Below are positions 29,438-40,093 of a DNA stretch of 64,000 bases, one piece after another. This DNA is from Alphaproteobacteria bacterium (lineage in GTDB: Bacteria > Pseudomonadota > Alphaproteobacteria > MPNO01): NCBI GenBank assembly GCA_965248835.1, contig CBDFLJ010000001.1, positions 1,280,001 through 1,344,000 of the forward strand. Direction: 5' to 3'. The first letter of the stretch is position 1; each line of letters opens with the position of its first letter. A program made the translations under genes and the position numbers. The notes under the pieces are model-generated. The model saw nothing but the letters and a program-made list of their open reading frames with translations, made no database searches and was not told the DNA's origin.

Positions 29438-30109
29438 ATGGAGGCTTACGTATATGGCGAGAAACGCAGCTTGCCTGAGGGGTTCGGCGAGTTCGCCGAC
29501 CGGGGCAAAAGCGCGGTCGTGTCGATCGACATGCACCAGAGCCACCTCGCCGACACCCCGGACTGTCCGTGCCCGGCGCCGCGCGCACGCGCGATCATCG
29601 GCCCGATCGACCGGTTCCATGTCGAGGCCAGGCGTCTGCAGGTGCCGGTCATCCATGTCCGGACCGTGCTGCGCGAGGGCGGGATCGACGACGTGCGCGG
29701 CGGCCGCGCCGCCTGGCGGCTGGTCTTTCCGCTGTTCGTCGGCGAGATCCCCAACGCCGATGCGCACGCCATCGCCGGCAGCCGCTGGACCGCGTTCGAA
29801 ACTGCCGTCGCGCCCGGCGATCACATCGTGGAGACCAAGAAGCGGCTGTCGGTCTTCTACCCGACCGACCTCGACTTCCTGCTGCGCAACATCGGTGTGC
29901 GCACCGTCGCGCTCAACGGCGGGTTCACCGATTGCTGCGTGCTGAACGCGGCGTTTGACGCCAGCAACCACGACTACCGCGTCGTCGTGCTGCGCGATCT
30001 GGTGCGCGGCACCAACCCGGAGATGGAGGACGCCGCGCTCAAGATGGTCTCGCTCCATACCGGCCTGGTGATGGACTCCGAAGACCTGCTGGCGGCGTGG
30101 CAGAATTGA
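29438..30109 (+). CDS. Isochorismatase-family cysteine hydrolase
   Basis: SIDMH, KKRLSVF and GGFTDCCV (Asp-Lys-Cys triad); GGAGG RBS before ATG 29438. Confidence 0.85.
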   Translation: MEAYVYGEKRSLPEGFGEFADRGKSAVVSIDMHQSHLADTPDCPCPAPRARAIIGPIDRFHVEARRLQVPVIHVRTVLREGGIDDVRGGRAAWRLVFPLFVGEIPNADAHAIAGSRWTAFETAVAPGDHIVETKKRLSVFYPTDLDFLLRNIGVRTVALNGGFTDCCVLNAAFDASNHDYRVVVLRDLVRGTNPEMEDAALKMVSLHTGLVMDSEDLLAAWQN

Positions 30110-30149
30110 CCCGACAGGCGGGCCGCCATATCGTGCCTTGCCGCATGGG

Positions 30150-30163
30150 ATGGGATCTCCCAT
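30150..30163. promoter_or_regulatory. Inverted repeat ATGGGA-TC-TCCCAT, a candidate operator upstream of the hydantoinase/Cox operon
   Basis: Dyad in the short intergenic region, downstream of TTGCCG at 30138. Confidence 0.35.
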
Positions 30164-30196
30164 AGCGGGTAAGAGCCTTCGGGGACCGGTTCAACC

Positions 30197-32239
30197 ATGC
30201 CGCTTCGCGTCGCCATAGACACCGGCGGGACCTTCACCGACGTGATCGCACTCGATGAGGCGACCGGCGGCCAGTTCGCCATCAAGACCCCCAGCACACC
30301 GTCCGATCCGAGCCTCGGCCTGCTCAACGGAATCGACGAGGTGCTGAGCGCGGCGGGCGGCGCGCCGGGCGATATCAGCCAGATCCTGCACGGCACGACG
30401 ACGGCGACCAACGCGGTTCTGGAGCACAGGTTCGAGGGGTTGGGCCTGCTGGTCACCGCGGGCTTCCGCCACATGATCGAGATCGCCCGCCAGTCGGTGC
30501 CCGACGGCTACGGCAACTCGTTCTTCTGGGTAAAGCCGCGCCGGCTGGTGCCGCTCCATCTGGTGCGTGAGGTGACCGGCCGGCAGCGCCATGACGGCAG
30601 CGAGCATGTGCCGCTGGATCCCGCCAGCGTGGTCGAGGCGGTCGACGAGCTGGCCGCGCTCGGCGTCAGCCGGCTCGCGGTCTGCCTGCTGCACGCCTAC
30701 GCCAACCCGGCCCACGAGCGGGACGTCGGTGCCCTGATCGCCGAGCGGCATCCCGAAATCCATGTCTCGCTGTCCTCGGTCGTGCTGCCCGAATACCGCG
30801 AGTACGAGCGGGCGATGACCACGCTGATCGACGTGATGGTCAAGCCCTATTGCAAGACCTATCTGGCCCATGCCGAGCGCCGCATCGCCGAACGCTCGGG
30901 CGAGGTCCCGTTCCTGATCATGCAATCCAACGGCGGCATCGTCTCCAGCCAGACCGCCGGCGAGAAGCCGGTCACGATGCTGGTCTCCGGCCCCGCCGGC
31001 GGGGTGCTGGGCGCGACCCACATGGCGCGGCTGGCTGGTTACGAGAACATTCTGACGCTGGACGTCGGCGGCACCTCGACCGATGTCTCGCTGGTCCAGG
31101 ACCTGACCCCGCAGCTCACCAGCGCCTCGCTGATCGAGAGCTATCCGGTCAAGTGCCCGATGCTTGACATCGAGACCGTGGGCACCGGCGGCGGCTCGCT
31201 CGCCTGGATCGACGGCTACGGCGCGCTCAAGGTCGGCCCGCAAAGCGCGGGCGCCGATCCGGGGCCGATCTGCTACCGCCGCGGCGGCACCCGGCCGACG
31301 GTGACCGATGCCGGGCTGGTGCTCGGCCGGCTGCCCGATGCGCTGATCGGCGGCGGCCTCGTGCTCGAGGCCGCCGCGGCGCGCGCGGCCTATGAGAGTC
31401 TGGGCGAGACCCTCGGCCTGCCCGCCGAAGAGGCCGCTGCGGGCGTGCTCGAGATCGCCTCCGCCAACCAGGTGCACGGCATCCGCCGGGTCACGACGGC
31501 CCGCGGGCTCGACCCGGGCGACTACGCGATGGTCGCCTTCGGCGGCGCCGGCGGGCTGTTCGCCGCCGAGGTCTGCGATTTTCTCGGCATCACCACTGCG
31601 GTGGTGCCGCCCAACCCGGGCAACCTGTCGGCGTTCGGGCTGCATGTCTGCGACGTCAAGCGCGACTATGTGCGGACCTGCGTACGCCAGCAGTCGCGCC
31701 ACGATGCGGCCGAGCTCGAGGCGCTGTGGCAGACGCTCGAGGACGCCGGCCGGGCCGAGATCATGGCCGAAGGGGTCGCCGCCGCGGCGATCGCGCTGCG
31801 GCGCAGTGCCGATGTCCGCTATGTCGGCGAGGGCCACGAGGTGCCGGTGCCCATCCCCGACGGCGGCGACGCGGTGGCCGCGATGTGGCGGGAATTCCAC
31901 GGCGTGCACCTGCGCACCTTCGGCTTCCATTACGAGGGCCGCCAGGACGTCGAGGTCGTCAGCCTCCGGGTCCAGGCGACCGGCCGGGTCCACCGTCCGG
32001 AAATCCGGCCGATCGAGGCGAAGGACGGCGAGGCCCAGCCGATCGCAAGGCGGCCGGTCTATTGGCGCGGCGCGGGGTGGGTCGACTGCGCGATCTGGCG
32101 GCGCGAAGACCCGTCGATCGGCGCGGCCGTCGCCGGGCCGGCGATCATCGAGGAATACGGCGCGACCATCGTCGTGCCGGAGACCTGGCGGTCACGGACC
32201 GACCGCTACGGGAATCTCATCCTGGAGAAGCTCCCATGA
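30197..32239 (+). CDS. Hydantoinase A / oxoprolinase subunit
   Basis: IDTGGTFTD, SGPAGG, DVGGTSTD and GTGGGS motifs. Confidence 0.9.
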   Translation: MPLRVAIDTGGTFTDVIALDEATGGQFAIKTPSTPSDPSLGLLNGIDEVLSAAGGAPGDISQILHGTTTATNAVLEHRFEGLGLLVTAGFRHMIEIARQSVPDGYGNSFFWVKPRRLVPLHLVREVTGRQRHDGSEHVPLDPASVVEAVDELAALGVSRLAVCLLHAYANPAHERDVGALIAERHPEIHVSLSSVVLPEYREYERAMTTLIDVMVKPYCKTYLAHAERRIAERSGEVPFLIMQSNGGIVSSQTAGEKPVTMLVSGPAGGVLGATHMARLAGYENILTLDVGGTSTDVSLVQDLTPQLTSASLIESYPVKCPMLDIETVGTGGGSLAWIDGYGALKVGPQSAGADPGPICYRRGGTRPTVTDAGLVLGRLPDALIGGGLVLEAAAARAAYESLGETLGLPAEEAAAGVLEIASANQVHGIRRVTTARGLDPGDYAMVAFGGAGGLFAAEVCDFLGITTAVVPPNPGNLSAFGLHVCDVKRDYVRTCVRQQSRHDAAELEALWQTLEDAGRAEIMAEGVAAAAIALRRSADVRYVGEGHEVPVPIPDGGDAVAAMWREFHGVHLRTFGFHYEGRQDVEVVSLRVQATGRVHRPEIRPIEAKDGEAQPIARRPVYWRGAGWVDCAIWRREDPSIGAAVAGPAIIEEYGATIVVPETWRSRTDRYGNLILEKLP

Positions 32240-34140
32240 GCAGGACTCGAACGCTCGGGCCGATCGAGCTCGAGATCATCACCGGGACCATCCGCTCGGC
32301 GGAGCTCGAGATCGAGGCGGCGGTCGAACGCACCGCGCGCTCGCCGATGATCCGCGACCAGCACGACTACCGGGTCGCGCTGTTCGACGCCAAGGGGCGC
32401 AAGCTCACCGGGCGGTCCTATTCGGCGCTGGTCGAGCCGGTGTTCGAGTATTTCGAGCCCGACGACATCCACCCGGGCGATGTCTTCTTCTGGAACGATC
32501 CCTACAACTCTTCCGGCGGGATCGGCCATATCCCGGACTTGTGCAGCACTTTGCCGATCTTCCACGACGGAAGGCTGATCGGCTTCTCCCAGGTCTTCGG
32601 CCACCACGACGATGTCGGCGGCTCGGTGCCCGGCAGCCTGCCGGTCCATGCCGAGGACATGTGGACCGAGGGGCTGGTGATCCCGCCGATCAAGCTCTAC
32701 GAGCGCGGCGTCGTCAACGAGGCCGCGTTCAGGATCATCGTGCGCAACTCGCGCCTGTCCGAGCATCTGCGCGGCGACCTCGATGCCGAGATCGGCGCTG
32801 CGCGGCTGGGCTCCAACCGGGTCGTCGCGCTGGCCGAGCGCTATGGCGCTGATACGCTGGAGGCCGCTTTCGATGCGATGATCGCGAACTGCGCGGAGAC
32901 CATCCGCCGCGAGCTCCTGCCGCGCATCCGGGACGGGGTCTACGCCTGGGAGGACTATATCGAGAACGACGGCGTCGATGCTCCGAAGCTGCATGCCATG
33001 CGGGTGACGATGACCAAGACCGCCGACAAGATCGTGCTCGACTTCACTGGCACCAGTGCCGAGGCCAAGGGGCCGATCAACTGGCCGATCGACTATTCGG
33101 ACGGCAAGTTCGTGCGCAAGTGGATGGGCCCGGTGCTGCGCTCGCTCGCCAGCTCGCCCGAGCGCGCGGCCGAGATCGACATGAACGAGGGCGTGCTCGA
33201 GGTCATCGACGTCAAGTTCCCCGGCAAGGGCACGCTGGTCACGCCCACCTTCGGCAAGGCGACCGGCATGCGGTTCTTCATCCTGCTGCGCTCGCTCGGC
33301 ATCTTCGCCGCGCTGTTGTCCAAGGCGACCGGCGGGCAGATGCCGGCCGATCACGAGACCATCCGCATCTGGGGCCTGCACGGCGGCAAGTCGGGCGATG
33401 ACTTCTTCCTGTTCCGCGAGGTGCTGGGCGGCGGCGGGCCCGGCCGGCCGTGGGCCGACGGCTCGGACGTGGTCCACATCGTGCCCAACTCGCGCAACCT
33501 GCCGGCGGAGTTCTCCGAGACCCGCTACCCGGTGATGGTCGAGAAGCTCGGGCTGGCGCAGGATTCCGGCGGTGCCGGGCTGCGCCGCGGCGGCTTCGGC
33601 TACGACAAGCGGATCAGGGTGCTGCAGCCCTGCCGGCTGCTGTCGAACGCCGACCGCGCGCTGGTCAACACCTATGGCGTCAACGGCGGCAAGCCGGGCT
33701 CGACCTATGCGATCGCCGTCGAGGCGCCTGACGGCGCGGTCAACGACCTGGCCGGCATGGTCGACAATATCGAGGTCGCCGCCGGATCGGTGGTGCGCAT
33801 CCGGACCACCGGCGGCGGCGGCTGGGGCGATCCGCTGAGCCGCGAGGCCGCGCTCGTCGCCTACGACGTCCATTGCGGCCTGGTCTCCGAGGACGCCGCG
33901 CGTGCCGATTACGGCGTGGCGGTCGTGCGCGACGGCCCGCGGGTCGCGGTCGATGAGGCCGCGACCGCCGCCCTGCGCTCGCAGCTCCGCGCCAGGCGCG
34001 GCGCACTTGCGATGTTCGACCGCGGTGCGTACGCGGCTGCCGCGCGCGCCCGCGATGGACTCGACCGGCCGGACGGCTGGGAGGACCCGGACGCGGGTTG
34101 GTGGGCCGTACCGGTTGCCGAGGCCGAGGCCGCTGAATGA
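32236..34140 (+). CDS. Hydantoinase B / oxoprolinase subunit
   Basis: RSPMIRD, NDPY...GHIPD, HHDDVGG and GGGGWGDP motifs; ATG 32236 overlaps the A stop. Confidence 0.9.
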   Translation: MSRTRTLGPIELEIITGTIRSAELEIEAAVERTARSPMIRDQHDYRVALFDAKGRKLTGRSYSALVEPVFEYFEPDDIHPGDVFFWNDPYNSSGGIGHIPDLCSTLPIFHDGRLIGFSQVFGHHDDVGGSVPGSLPVHAEDMWTEGLVIPPIKLYERGVVNEAAFRIIVRNSRLSEHLRGDLDAEIGAARLGSNRVVALAERYGADTLEAAFDAMIANCAETIRRELLPRIRDGVYAWEDYIENDGVDAPKLHAMRVTMTKTADKIVLDFTGTSAEAKGPINWPIDYSDGKFVRKWMGPVLRSLASSPERAAEIDMNEGVLEVIDVKFPGKGTLVTPTFGKATGMRFFILLRSLGIFAALLSKATGGQMPADHETIRIWGLHGGKSGDDFFLFREVLGGGGPGRPWADGSDVVHIVPNSRNLPAEFSETRYPVMVEKLGLAQDSGGAGLRRGGFGYDKRIRVLQPCRLLSNADRALVNTYGVNGGKPGSTYAIAVEAPDGAVNDLAGMVDNIEVAAGSVVRIRTTGGGGWGDPLSREAALVAYDVHCGLVSEDAARADYGVAVVRDGPRVAVDEAATAALRSQLRARRGALAMFDRGAYAAAARARDGLDRPDGWEDPDAGWWAVPVAEAEAAE

Positions 34141-35003
34141 AGCCGGCGCTGTTCGACTACCTCGCTCCGGAGACGGTGGCCGAAGCGGTCGCAGCCCTTG
34201 CGGCCGAACCGAACGCCCGCCCGCTGGCCGGCGGCCAGAGCCTGATCCCCACCATGAATTTCCGGCTGGCGAGCCCCGCCATGCTGGTCGACCTCCGCAA
34301 GATCGCCGGCCTGCGCGGGATCACCGTGGCCGGGCGGGAAATCCGCGTCGGGGCGATGACCCGCCACCGCGATCTCGAGACCCATCTCGGCGCCAACCGG
34401 GCCAACCCGCTGATCGCCGAGGTGATGGCCAACGTCGCCCACATCGCGATCCGCAACCGCGGCACGGTCGGCGGCAGTATCGCGCATGCCGATTCCGCGG
34501 CCGAACTGCCCTGCATGCTGGTCGCGACCGGCGGGGCGGTGCGCGCGACCGGCCCGGACGGCGAGCGGACGGTGGCCGCCGACGGGTTGTTCAGCTTCCA
34601 CATGACCACCACGCTCGAACAGGCCGAGCTGCTGACCGAGGTCAGCATCCCGGTGCTGCCGCCGGCGACCGGATATGCGTTCGAGGAATTCGCCAGGCGC
34701 CGCGGCGACTACGCGCTGGCCGGCGTGTGCGCGCTGATCACCCTGGGTGAGGGCGGGGTCTGCACCGAGGCCCGGCTCGCCGGGTGCGGCATCGGCTCCC
34801 GGCCGGTCCGGCTTGCCGCGGCCGAAGACGCGCTGCGCGGCAAGCCGGTCGGCGAAGCTGCGCTCGAAGCCGCGGGCGAGGCCGCCAAGGAATACGTGAC
34901 CGCGCCCGGCGACCTGCAGGCGAGCGAGGCCTATCGCAAGGACCTGCTGGCCGCCCTGGTTCGCCGCACCGCGGCGCGTGCGGCGGTGCGGGCCGGGGGT
35001 TGA
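34137..35003 (+). CDS. Molybdenum hydroxylase FAD subunit (CoxM/CutM-like)
   Basis: AGGQSL and IRNRGTVGGS motifs. Confidence 0.9.
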   Translation: MKPALFDYLAPETVAEAVAALAAEPNARPLAGGQSLIPTMNFRLASPAMLVDLRKIAGLRGITVAGREIRVGAMTRHRDLETHLGANRANPLIAEVMANVAHIAIRNRGTVGGSIAHADSAAELPCMLVATGGAVRATGPDGERTVAADGLFSFHMTTTLEQAELLTEVSIPVLPPATGYAFEEFARRRGDYALAGVCALITLGEGGVCTEARLAGCGIGSRPVRLAAAEDALRGKPVGEAALEAAGEAAKEYVTAPGDLQASEAYRKDLLAALVRRTAARAAVRAGG

Positions 35004-35007
35004 GCCG

Positions 35008-35544
35008 ATGGCGAAGTCCGTTCGCGACAAGCCGATCCCGTCGGCCTCGTCCGATCCCAGGCACCAGGTCACCGTGACCGTCAACGGCCAGACGGTGACC
35101 CGGGCGGTCAGCCCGCGCATGCTGCTGTCCGACTTCATCCGCCACGAGCTCGGGCTGACCGGCACCCATGTCGGCTGCGAGCACGGTGTCTGCGGCTGCT
35201 GCACGGTGATTATCGACGGCCGCGCCGGACGGTCGTGCCTGACGTTCGCGGTCCAGGCCGACGGTGCGGCGCTGCGCACCATCGAGGGCGTGGCCGCCCC
35301 CGACGGCACGCTGCACCCCTTGCAGCAGGCGTTCATGGAATGCCACGCGCTGCAATGCGGCTACTGCACGCCGGGCTTCGTGATGGCGATCCTGAGCTAT
35401 CTGGAGGAGACGCCTGCGCCGGATCTGTCCGAGGCGGCGATCCGCGAGGTGCTGGCCGGCAATCTGTGCCGCTGCACCGGCTACAAGAACATCGTCAAGG
35501 CGTTCCGCCGCGGGGTCGAGCTGATCGGCGCCCGCCCGGGCTGA
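35008..35544 (+). CDS. Molybdenum hydroxylase 2x[2Fe-2S] subunit (CoxS-like)
   Basis: GCEHGVCGCC, QCGYCTPG and NLCRCTGY motifs. Confidence 0.92.
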   Translation: MAKSVRDKPIPSASSDPRHQVTVTVNGQTVTRAVSPRMLLSDFIRHELGLTGTHVGCEHGVCGCCTVIIDGRAGRSCLTFAVQADGAALRTIEGVAAPDGTLHPLQQAFMECHALQCGYCTPGFVMAILSYLEETPAPDLSEAAIREVLAGNLCRCTGYKNIVKAFRRGVELIGARPG

Positions 35545-35557
35545 GGGAAGCGATACG

Positions 35558-37957
35558 ATGTCGACAAGACAGTTCGGCGAGCCGGTCCAGCGCAACGCCG
35601 ACCCGGCGCTGCTCAAGGGCGAGGGCACGTTCATCGACGACATCGCGCTGCCCGGCGCCCTGCACGCAGCCTTCGTCCGCAGCGCCCACGCACGGGCGCG
35701 GATAAGGTCGATCGACACCGCCGCCGCGCAGGCGCTGCCCGATGTGGTCGCGGTCTATACCGCCGAAGATCTCGGCGCGCTCGATGTCGTGCTGCCGATG
35801 CTGATCCCCCATCCCTGCATCACCGGCGGCGGCAAGACCCAGCGGCCGCTGGCGCGCGATGACGTCTTCTATGTCGGCCAATGCATCGCCATGGTGGTCG
35901 CACTCGACCGCTACACCGCCGAGGACGCCTGCGGGCTGGTCGTGGTCGACTACGAGCCGCTGCCGGTCGAGCTCGACCTGGAGAAGGCGGTCGCGGGCGG
36001 GGCGCCGCTTGTCCATGAGGATATCCCCGACAACATCGCCGCCCACTTCGTCCAGCAATCGGGCAACGCCGAGGAGGCCTTCGCCAGGGCCGAGCACGTC
36101 ACCACGCTCAAGGTCCGGATCGAGCGCTCGACCGCCGCGCCCATGGAGTGCCGAGCCATCGCCGCGCGCTGGGACGCGGTCTCGGGCGATCTCACGGTCT
36201 GGGACTCGACCCAGGCGACCATCTCGGTGCGCGGCGGGCTCGCCTCGTTGTTCGGGATCGACGAGGACAAGGTCCGGGTCGTCGCGCCCAATGTCGGCGG
36301 CGGGTTCGGCCAGAAGATCATGATGTTCCACCCCGACGAGATCGTCGTGCCCTATGCCGCGATGCAGCTCGGCCGGCCGGTGAAATATATCGAGGACCGG
36401 GTCGAGAACTTCATCGGCGCCTCACAGGAGCGTGCGCAGATCCATGAGATCTCGCTTGCGGCCCTGAAGGACGGCACGGTCCTGGGCCTGCGCGATTCCT
36501 TTCTCCACGATACCGGCGCCTTCATCCCTTACGGCATCGCGGTTGCCCAGGTTGCCTCGACCTCGATCGCCGGCCCCTACCGGATCCCCGACATCTGGAT
36601 CGCGTTCACCGCCGTCTACACGCCCTGCGTCCAGGTCACGCCCTATCGCGGCTGCGGCCGGCCGCAGGCCTGTTTCGCGATCGAGCGCGCGATGGATCAG
36701 CTCGCCGACGAGCTCGGGATCGACCGGGCCGAGATCCGGCGGCGCAATTTCATCGCTCCGGATCAGTTCCCCTACAAGCGCGAAGGGCTGCTGTTCGCCG
36801 ACGGGCTGGCGGTCAACTACGATTCGGGCGAGTACGCCAAGGCGCTCGATCTGATCGCCGAGACCATCGATCTCGAGGCCTTCCGCGCCGAGCAGGAACG
36901 CGCGCGCGCAGCCGGGCGCTATCTCGGCTTCGGGCTCGGCTTCTATGTCGAGGGCACCGGGCTCGGCCCTTACGAGGGCGGCCGCGTCAAGGTCCACCCG
37001 ATCACCGGAAAAGTCTATGTCAACACCGGCCTGACCAGCCAGGGTCAGGGCCATGAGACCGTCTTCGCCCAGATCGTCGCCGACCAGGTGGGCTGCGCGG
37101 TGACCGACGTGATCTTCGTGGAGGGCGACACCCAGGCCTACGAATGGGGCGTGGCGACATTTGCCAGCCGGGCCGCGGTGGTCAGCGGCAACGCGATCCA
37201 CAAGGCGGCCGTCATGGCGCGCGGACAGATCATCGAGGCCGCTTCCAACATGCTGGAGGCCGATCCGGCATCGATCGAGTTGCGCGACGGCGCCGCGTGG
37301 ATCATCGGCGGCAACCGCTCGGTCACCTTGGCGACCATCGCGACCGCATCGAACCCCCTGCGCTATGCCTTCAACGAGGCCTCCCAGGCCGCGACCCAGT
37401 TCGCGCCGGCCTCCAGGCACGACGGCCCGCCTCTGGCCGAGGGCAGCCATCCGGGGATCGAGGCGACCGCCTATTTCAGCCCCAGCCACGCGACATGGGC
37501 CTACGGCGTGCATGCCGCGATCATCGCGTTCGACGCCCAGACGTGCGCGATGGACATCAAGCGCTATGTCTGCATCCACGACTGCGGCAACATGATCAAC
37601 CCGATGATCGTCGACGGCCAGGTGATGGGCGGCATCGGCCAGGGCATCGGCGGCGCGTTCTACGAGCGCTGCGCGTTCGATGAGAACGGCACGCCGCTGG
37701 CGGCCAACTTCATGGATTTCCTGATGCCCTACGCGACCGAGGTGCCCAATGCCGAAATCCTCCACATGCAGACGCCCTCGCCGCTCAACCCTCTGGGCAT
37801 CAAGGGGGTGGGCGAGGCCGGCACCATCCCGGTCGCCCAGGTCGTGGCCTCGGCGATGGAGGATGCGTTCGCGCCCTTGGGCATCGCCCCGGTCCGGGAA
37901 TCGCCGATGTCGCCCAACATGATCCACGCGCTGCTCGCCGAGGCGCGCGGCGGCTGA
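35558..37957 (+). CDS. Xanthine dehydrogenase-family molybdopterin-binding subunit (CoxL-like)
   Basis: VGGGFGQK, PYRGCGR, QGQGHET, FASR and KGVGEAG motifs. Confidence 0.9.
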   Translation: MSTRQFGEPVQRNADPALLKGEGTFIDDIALPGALHAAFVRSAHARARIRSIDTAAAQALPDVVAVYTAEDLGALDVVLPMLIPHPCITGGGKTQRPLARDDVFYVGQCIAMVVALDRYTAEDACGLVVVDYEPLPVELDLEKAVAGGAPLVHEDIPDNIAAHFVQQSGNAEEAFARAEHVTTLKVRIERSTAAPMECRAIAARWDAVSGDLTVWDSTQATISVRGGLASLFGIDEDKVRVVAPNVGGGFGQKIMMFHPDEIVVPYAAMQLGRPVKYIEDRVENFIGASQERAQIHEISLAALKDGTVLGLRDSFLHDTGAFIPYGIAVAQVASTSIAGPYRIPDIWIAFTAVYTPCVQVTPYRGCGRPQACFAIERAMDQLADELGIDRAEIRRRNFIAPDQFPYKREGLLFADGLAVNYDSGEYAKALDLIAETIDLEAFRAEQERARAAGRYLGFGLGFYVEGTGLGPYEGGRVKVHPITGKVYVNTGLTSQGQGHETVFAQIVADQVGCAVTDVIFVEGDTQAYEWGVATFASRAAVVSGNAIHKAAVMARGQIIEAASNMLEADPASIELRDGAAWIIGGNRSVTLATIATASNPLRYAFNEASQAATQFAPASRHDGPPLAEGSHPGIEATAYFSPSHATWAYGVHAAIIAFDAQTCAMDIKRYVCIHDCGNMINPMIVDGQVMGGIGQGIGGAFYERCAFDENGTPLAANFMDFLMPYATEVPNAEILHMQTPSPLNPLGIKGVGEAGTIPVAQVVASAMEDAFAPLGIAPVRESPMSPNMIHALLAEARGG

Positions 37958-37958
37958 G

Positions 37959-38738
37959 ATGGAGGTCCGCCTCGCGCACATGACCTATGACGAGGTCCGC
38001 GAGGCGATCGCGGCAAAGAAACTGGTCATCGTGCCGACCGGGGCCACCGAGTCCCACGGCCCCCATATGCCGTGCGATACCGACACCCACCAGGCCGACT
38101 ACATGGCCGTCGCGCTGGCCCGGCGGGTCGACGCGGTGGTCGCGCCCGCGATCCCCTATGCGGTGTCGAAAACCTTCGAGCATTTCCCGGGCACGATCTC
38201 GCTGTCGATCCCGACCTATCAGGAACTGGTCTACGAGGTCGGCGCGGCGCTGATCAGGCAGGGTTTCGCCGACCTCCTGATCCTCAACGGCAACCGCCCC
38301 AACGGGACCTCGAACGACGCCGTGGCGCGCCGGCTGATCGACGATCTGGACCGCGACTTCGACTTCCAGGTCACCGCGGTGAGCTACTGGGAGCCGGGCG
38401 CGGCGGCCGTCAACGCGCTGCGCAAATCGGCGGTCGGCGGCATGGGCCACGGCGGGGAGTTCGAGACCTCATTCCAGCTCGCCACACGCCCCGAGCTGGT
38501 CAAGATGGACCGGATCGAGGGTATCCATACCCCGCTGGTCGGCTGGGACCTCGTCGCCCCGGTCGAGCCCTCGCGCACCTACCGCCGCCGCCCGAACCCG
38601 GCCAGCAACCATGCCTCGATCTTCGGCGACCCGCATGCCGCATCCGCCGAGCAGGGCCGGGCGCTGGTTGCCGCCGCCATCGACGCCCTGGTCGAGATGA
38701 TCCGCAACCTGCGCCCTGCCTACGAGGAGCGGCAATAG
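37959..38738 (+). CDS. Creatininase-family amidohydrolase
   Basis: GATESHGPHMP..TD, FPGTIS, LNGNRPN and HGGEFETS motifs. Confidence 0.85.
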   Translation: MEVRLAHMTYDEVREAIAAKKLVIVPTGATESHGPHMPCDTDTHQADYMAVALARRVDAVVAPAIPYAVSKTFEHFPGTISLSIPTYQELVYEVGAALIRQGFADLLILNGNRPNGTSNDAVARRLIDDLDRDFDFQVTAVSYWEPGAAAVNALRKSAVGGMGHGGEFETSFQLATRPELVKMDRIEGIHTPLVGWDLVAPVEPSRTYRRRPNPASNHASIFGDPHAASAEQGRALVAAAIDALVEMIRNLRPAYEERQ

Positions 38739-38805
38739 CGCTGCCGGCAGGGCGATCGCCCCGCGCGACGGGGCACGGCCCGACAACGGGCCGCGAGGAC
38801 TCCGT

Positions 38806-38834
38806 TTGACAGCTCCGCAGAGCTTTTCTACGGT
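38806..38834 (+). promoter_or_regulatory. Putative sigma70 promoter TTGACA-17-TACGGT for the ABC transporter genes
   Basis: Consensus -35 and 17-bp spacer, about 80 bp upstream of the BMP gene. Confidence 0.55.
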
Positions 38835-38916
38835 TCGGTCTCCGAACATGACACCGCGAAGCGGGAAGCGGATGAGCGGGGTGCGGGCGCGGCCCGGAAA
38901 AGGGGGAGACAGGGAT

Positions 38917-40002
38917 ATGATGTTCAGGACAGTTCTGGCCGGGGCCGCCGCGATGGCGCTGGCGCTCGGTGCGGCCGGCACCGCCGGGGCCGCCTTCAAG
39001 CTCAAGGGCGAGCCGCGGGTTGCCTTCGTCTACTTCAACGTCAAGAACGACGGCGGCTGGACCCAGGCGATCGACGAGGCCCGTGTCAGGGTCGAGAACA
39101 AGCTCGGCTGGAAGATCCCCTATGCCGAGAAGGTGCCTGAGAAATCCTCGGCCATCCGCCCCGTGGTCGAGCGCTTCATCCGCCGCGGCTTCAACATCAT
39201 CAACGGCTCGGCCTTCGGCTATTCGGACACCTTCAAGGAGCTCGCCAAGGAGTATCCCGAGGTTGCCTTCGTCAACCCGGCCGGCATCACCAACGGGGTG
39301 AACCTGCAGTCCTATTACGGCCGCACCTATGAGAGCCAGTATCTGTGCGGCATGGTCGCCGGCGCGATGACCAAATCGAACAAGCTCGGCTTCGTTGCCG
39401 CCCACCCGCTGGGGCTGGTGACCTGGACGGTCAACGCCTTCGCGCTCGGCGCCCAGGCGGTCAACCCCAAGGCGACGCTCAACGTGGTCTATACCGGCTC
39501 GTGGTACGACCCGGTCAAGGAACGCGCGACCGCGCTTGCCCTGATCGAGCGCGGCATCGACGTGATCGGCCAACATGTCGACACCCCGGCGGTCCAGGTC
39601 GCGGCCCAGGAGAAGGGCGTCTGGGGGACCGGCCACCACCGCGACATGAGCGAGTTCGCGCCTAAGGCGACGCTGTGCTCCTCGGTCTGGGTGTGGGATC
39701 GCTTCCTGATCCCGCTCTACAAGGAGATCTCCGGCGGTGCCTGGAAGACCAAGCCCTATGGCGAGTTCGTCGGCCTCAAGCACGGCGGTGCCGACATCGC
39801 GTGCTGCAACGCAATCGTGCCCAAACAGGTGGTCGACAAGGTCATGGCCGCGCGCCAGAAGATCGTCGACGGCTGGCACGTCTATACCGGCCCGATCCAG
39901 GACAATGCGGGCAAGACGGTCATCCCGGCCGGCAAGACGCCGAGCGACGCCGATCTGTGGGGCATGAAGTATCTCGTCAAGGGCGTCATCGGCCAGCTCT
40001 GA
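38917..40002 (+). CDS. BMP-family (purine/nucleoside-type) ABC substrate-binding protein
   Basis: Signal peptide; DGGWTQA, NAFALGA and GSWYDP motifs; start set to ATG 38917. Confidence 0.85.
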   Translation: MMFRTVLAGAAAMALALGAAGTAGAAFKLKGEPRVAFVYFNVKNDGGWTQAIDEARVRVENKLGWKIPYAEKVPEKSSAIRPVVERFIRRGFNIINGSAFGYSDTFKELAKEYPEVAFVNPAGITNGVNLQSYYGRTYESQYLCGMVAGAMTKSNKLGFVAAHPLGLVTWTVNAFALGAQAVNPKATLNVVYTGSWYDPVKERATALALIERGIDVIGQHVDTPAVQVAAQEKGVWGTGHHRDMSEFAPKATLCSSVWVWDRFLIPLYKEISGGAWKTKPYGEFVGLKHGGADIACCNAIVPKQVVDKVMAARQKIVDGWHVYTGPIQDNAGKTVIPAGKTPSDADLWGMKYLVKGVIGQL

Positions 40003-40093
40003 GCCGCCGCCCGGACGACACCCGACCCGTGCCCGGCCGGAATCCTTCCGGCCGGGCTGTGCCCCTGCGCCGCCGCTCGATGGAGCATCACCG

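Noticed and set aside
35558-37957. Aerobic CO dehydrogenase (coxL form I)
   Set aside because: It lacks AYxCSFR, has no cox accessory genes alongside, and the context indicates heterocycle catabolism.
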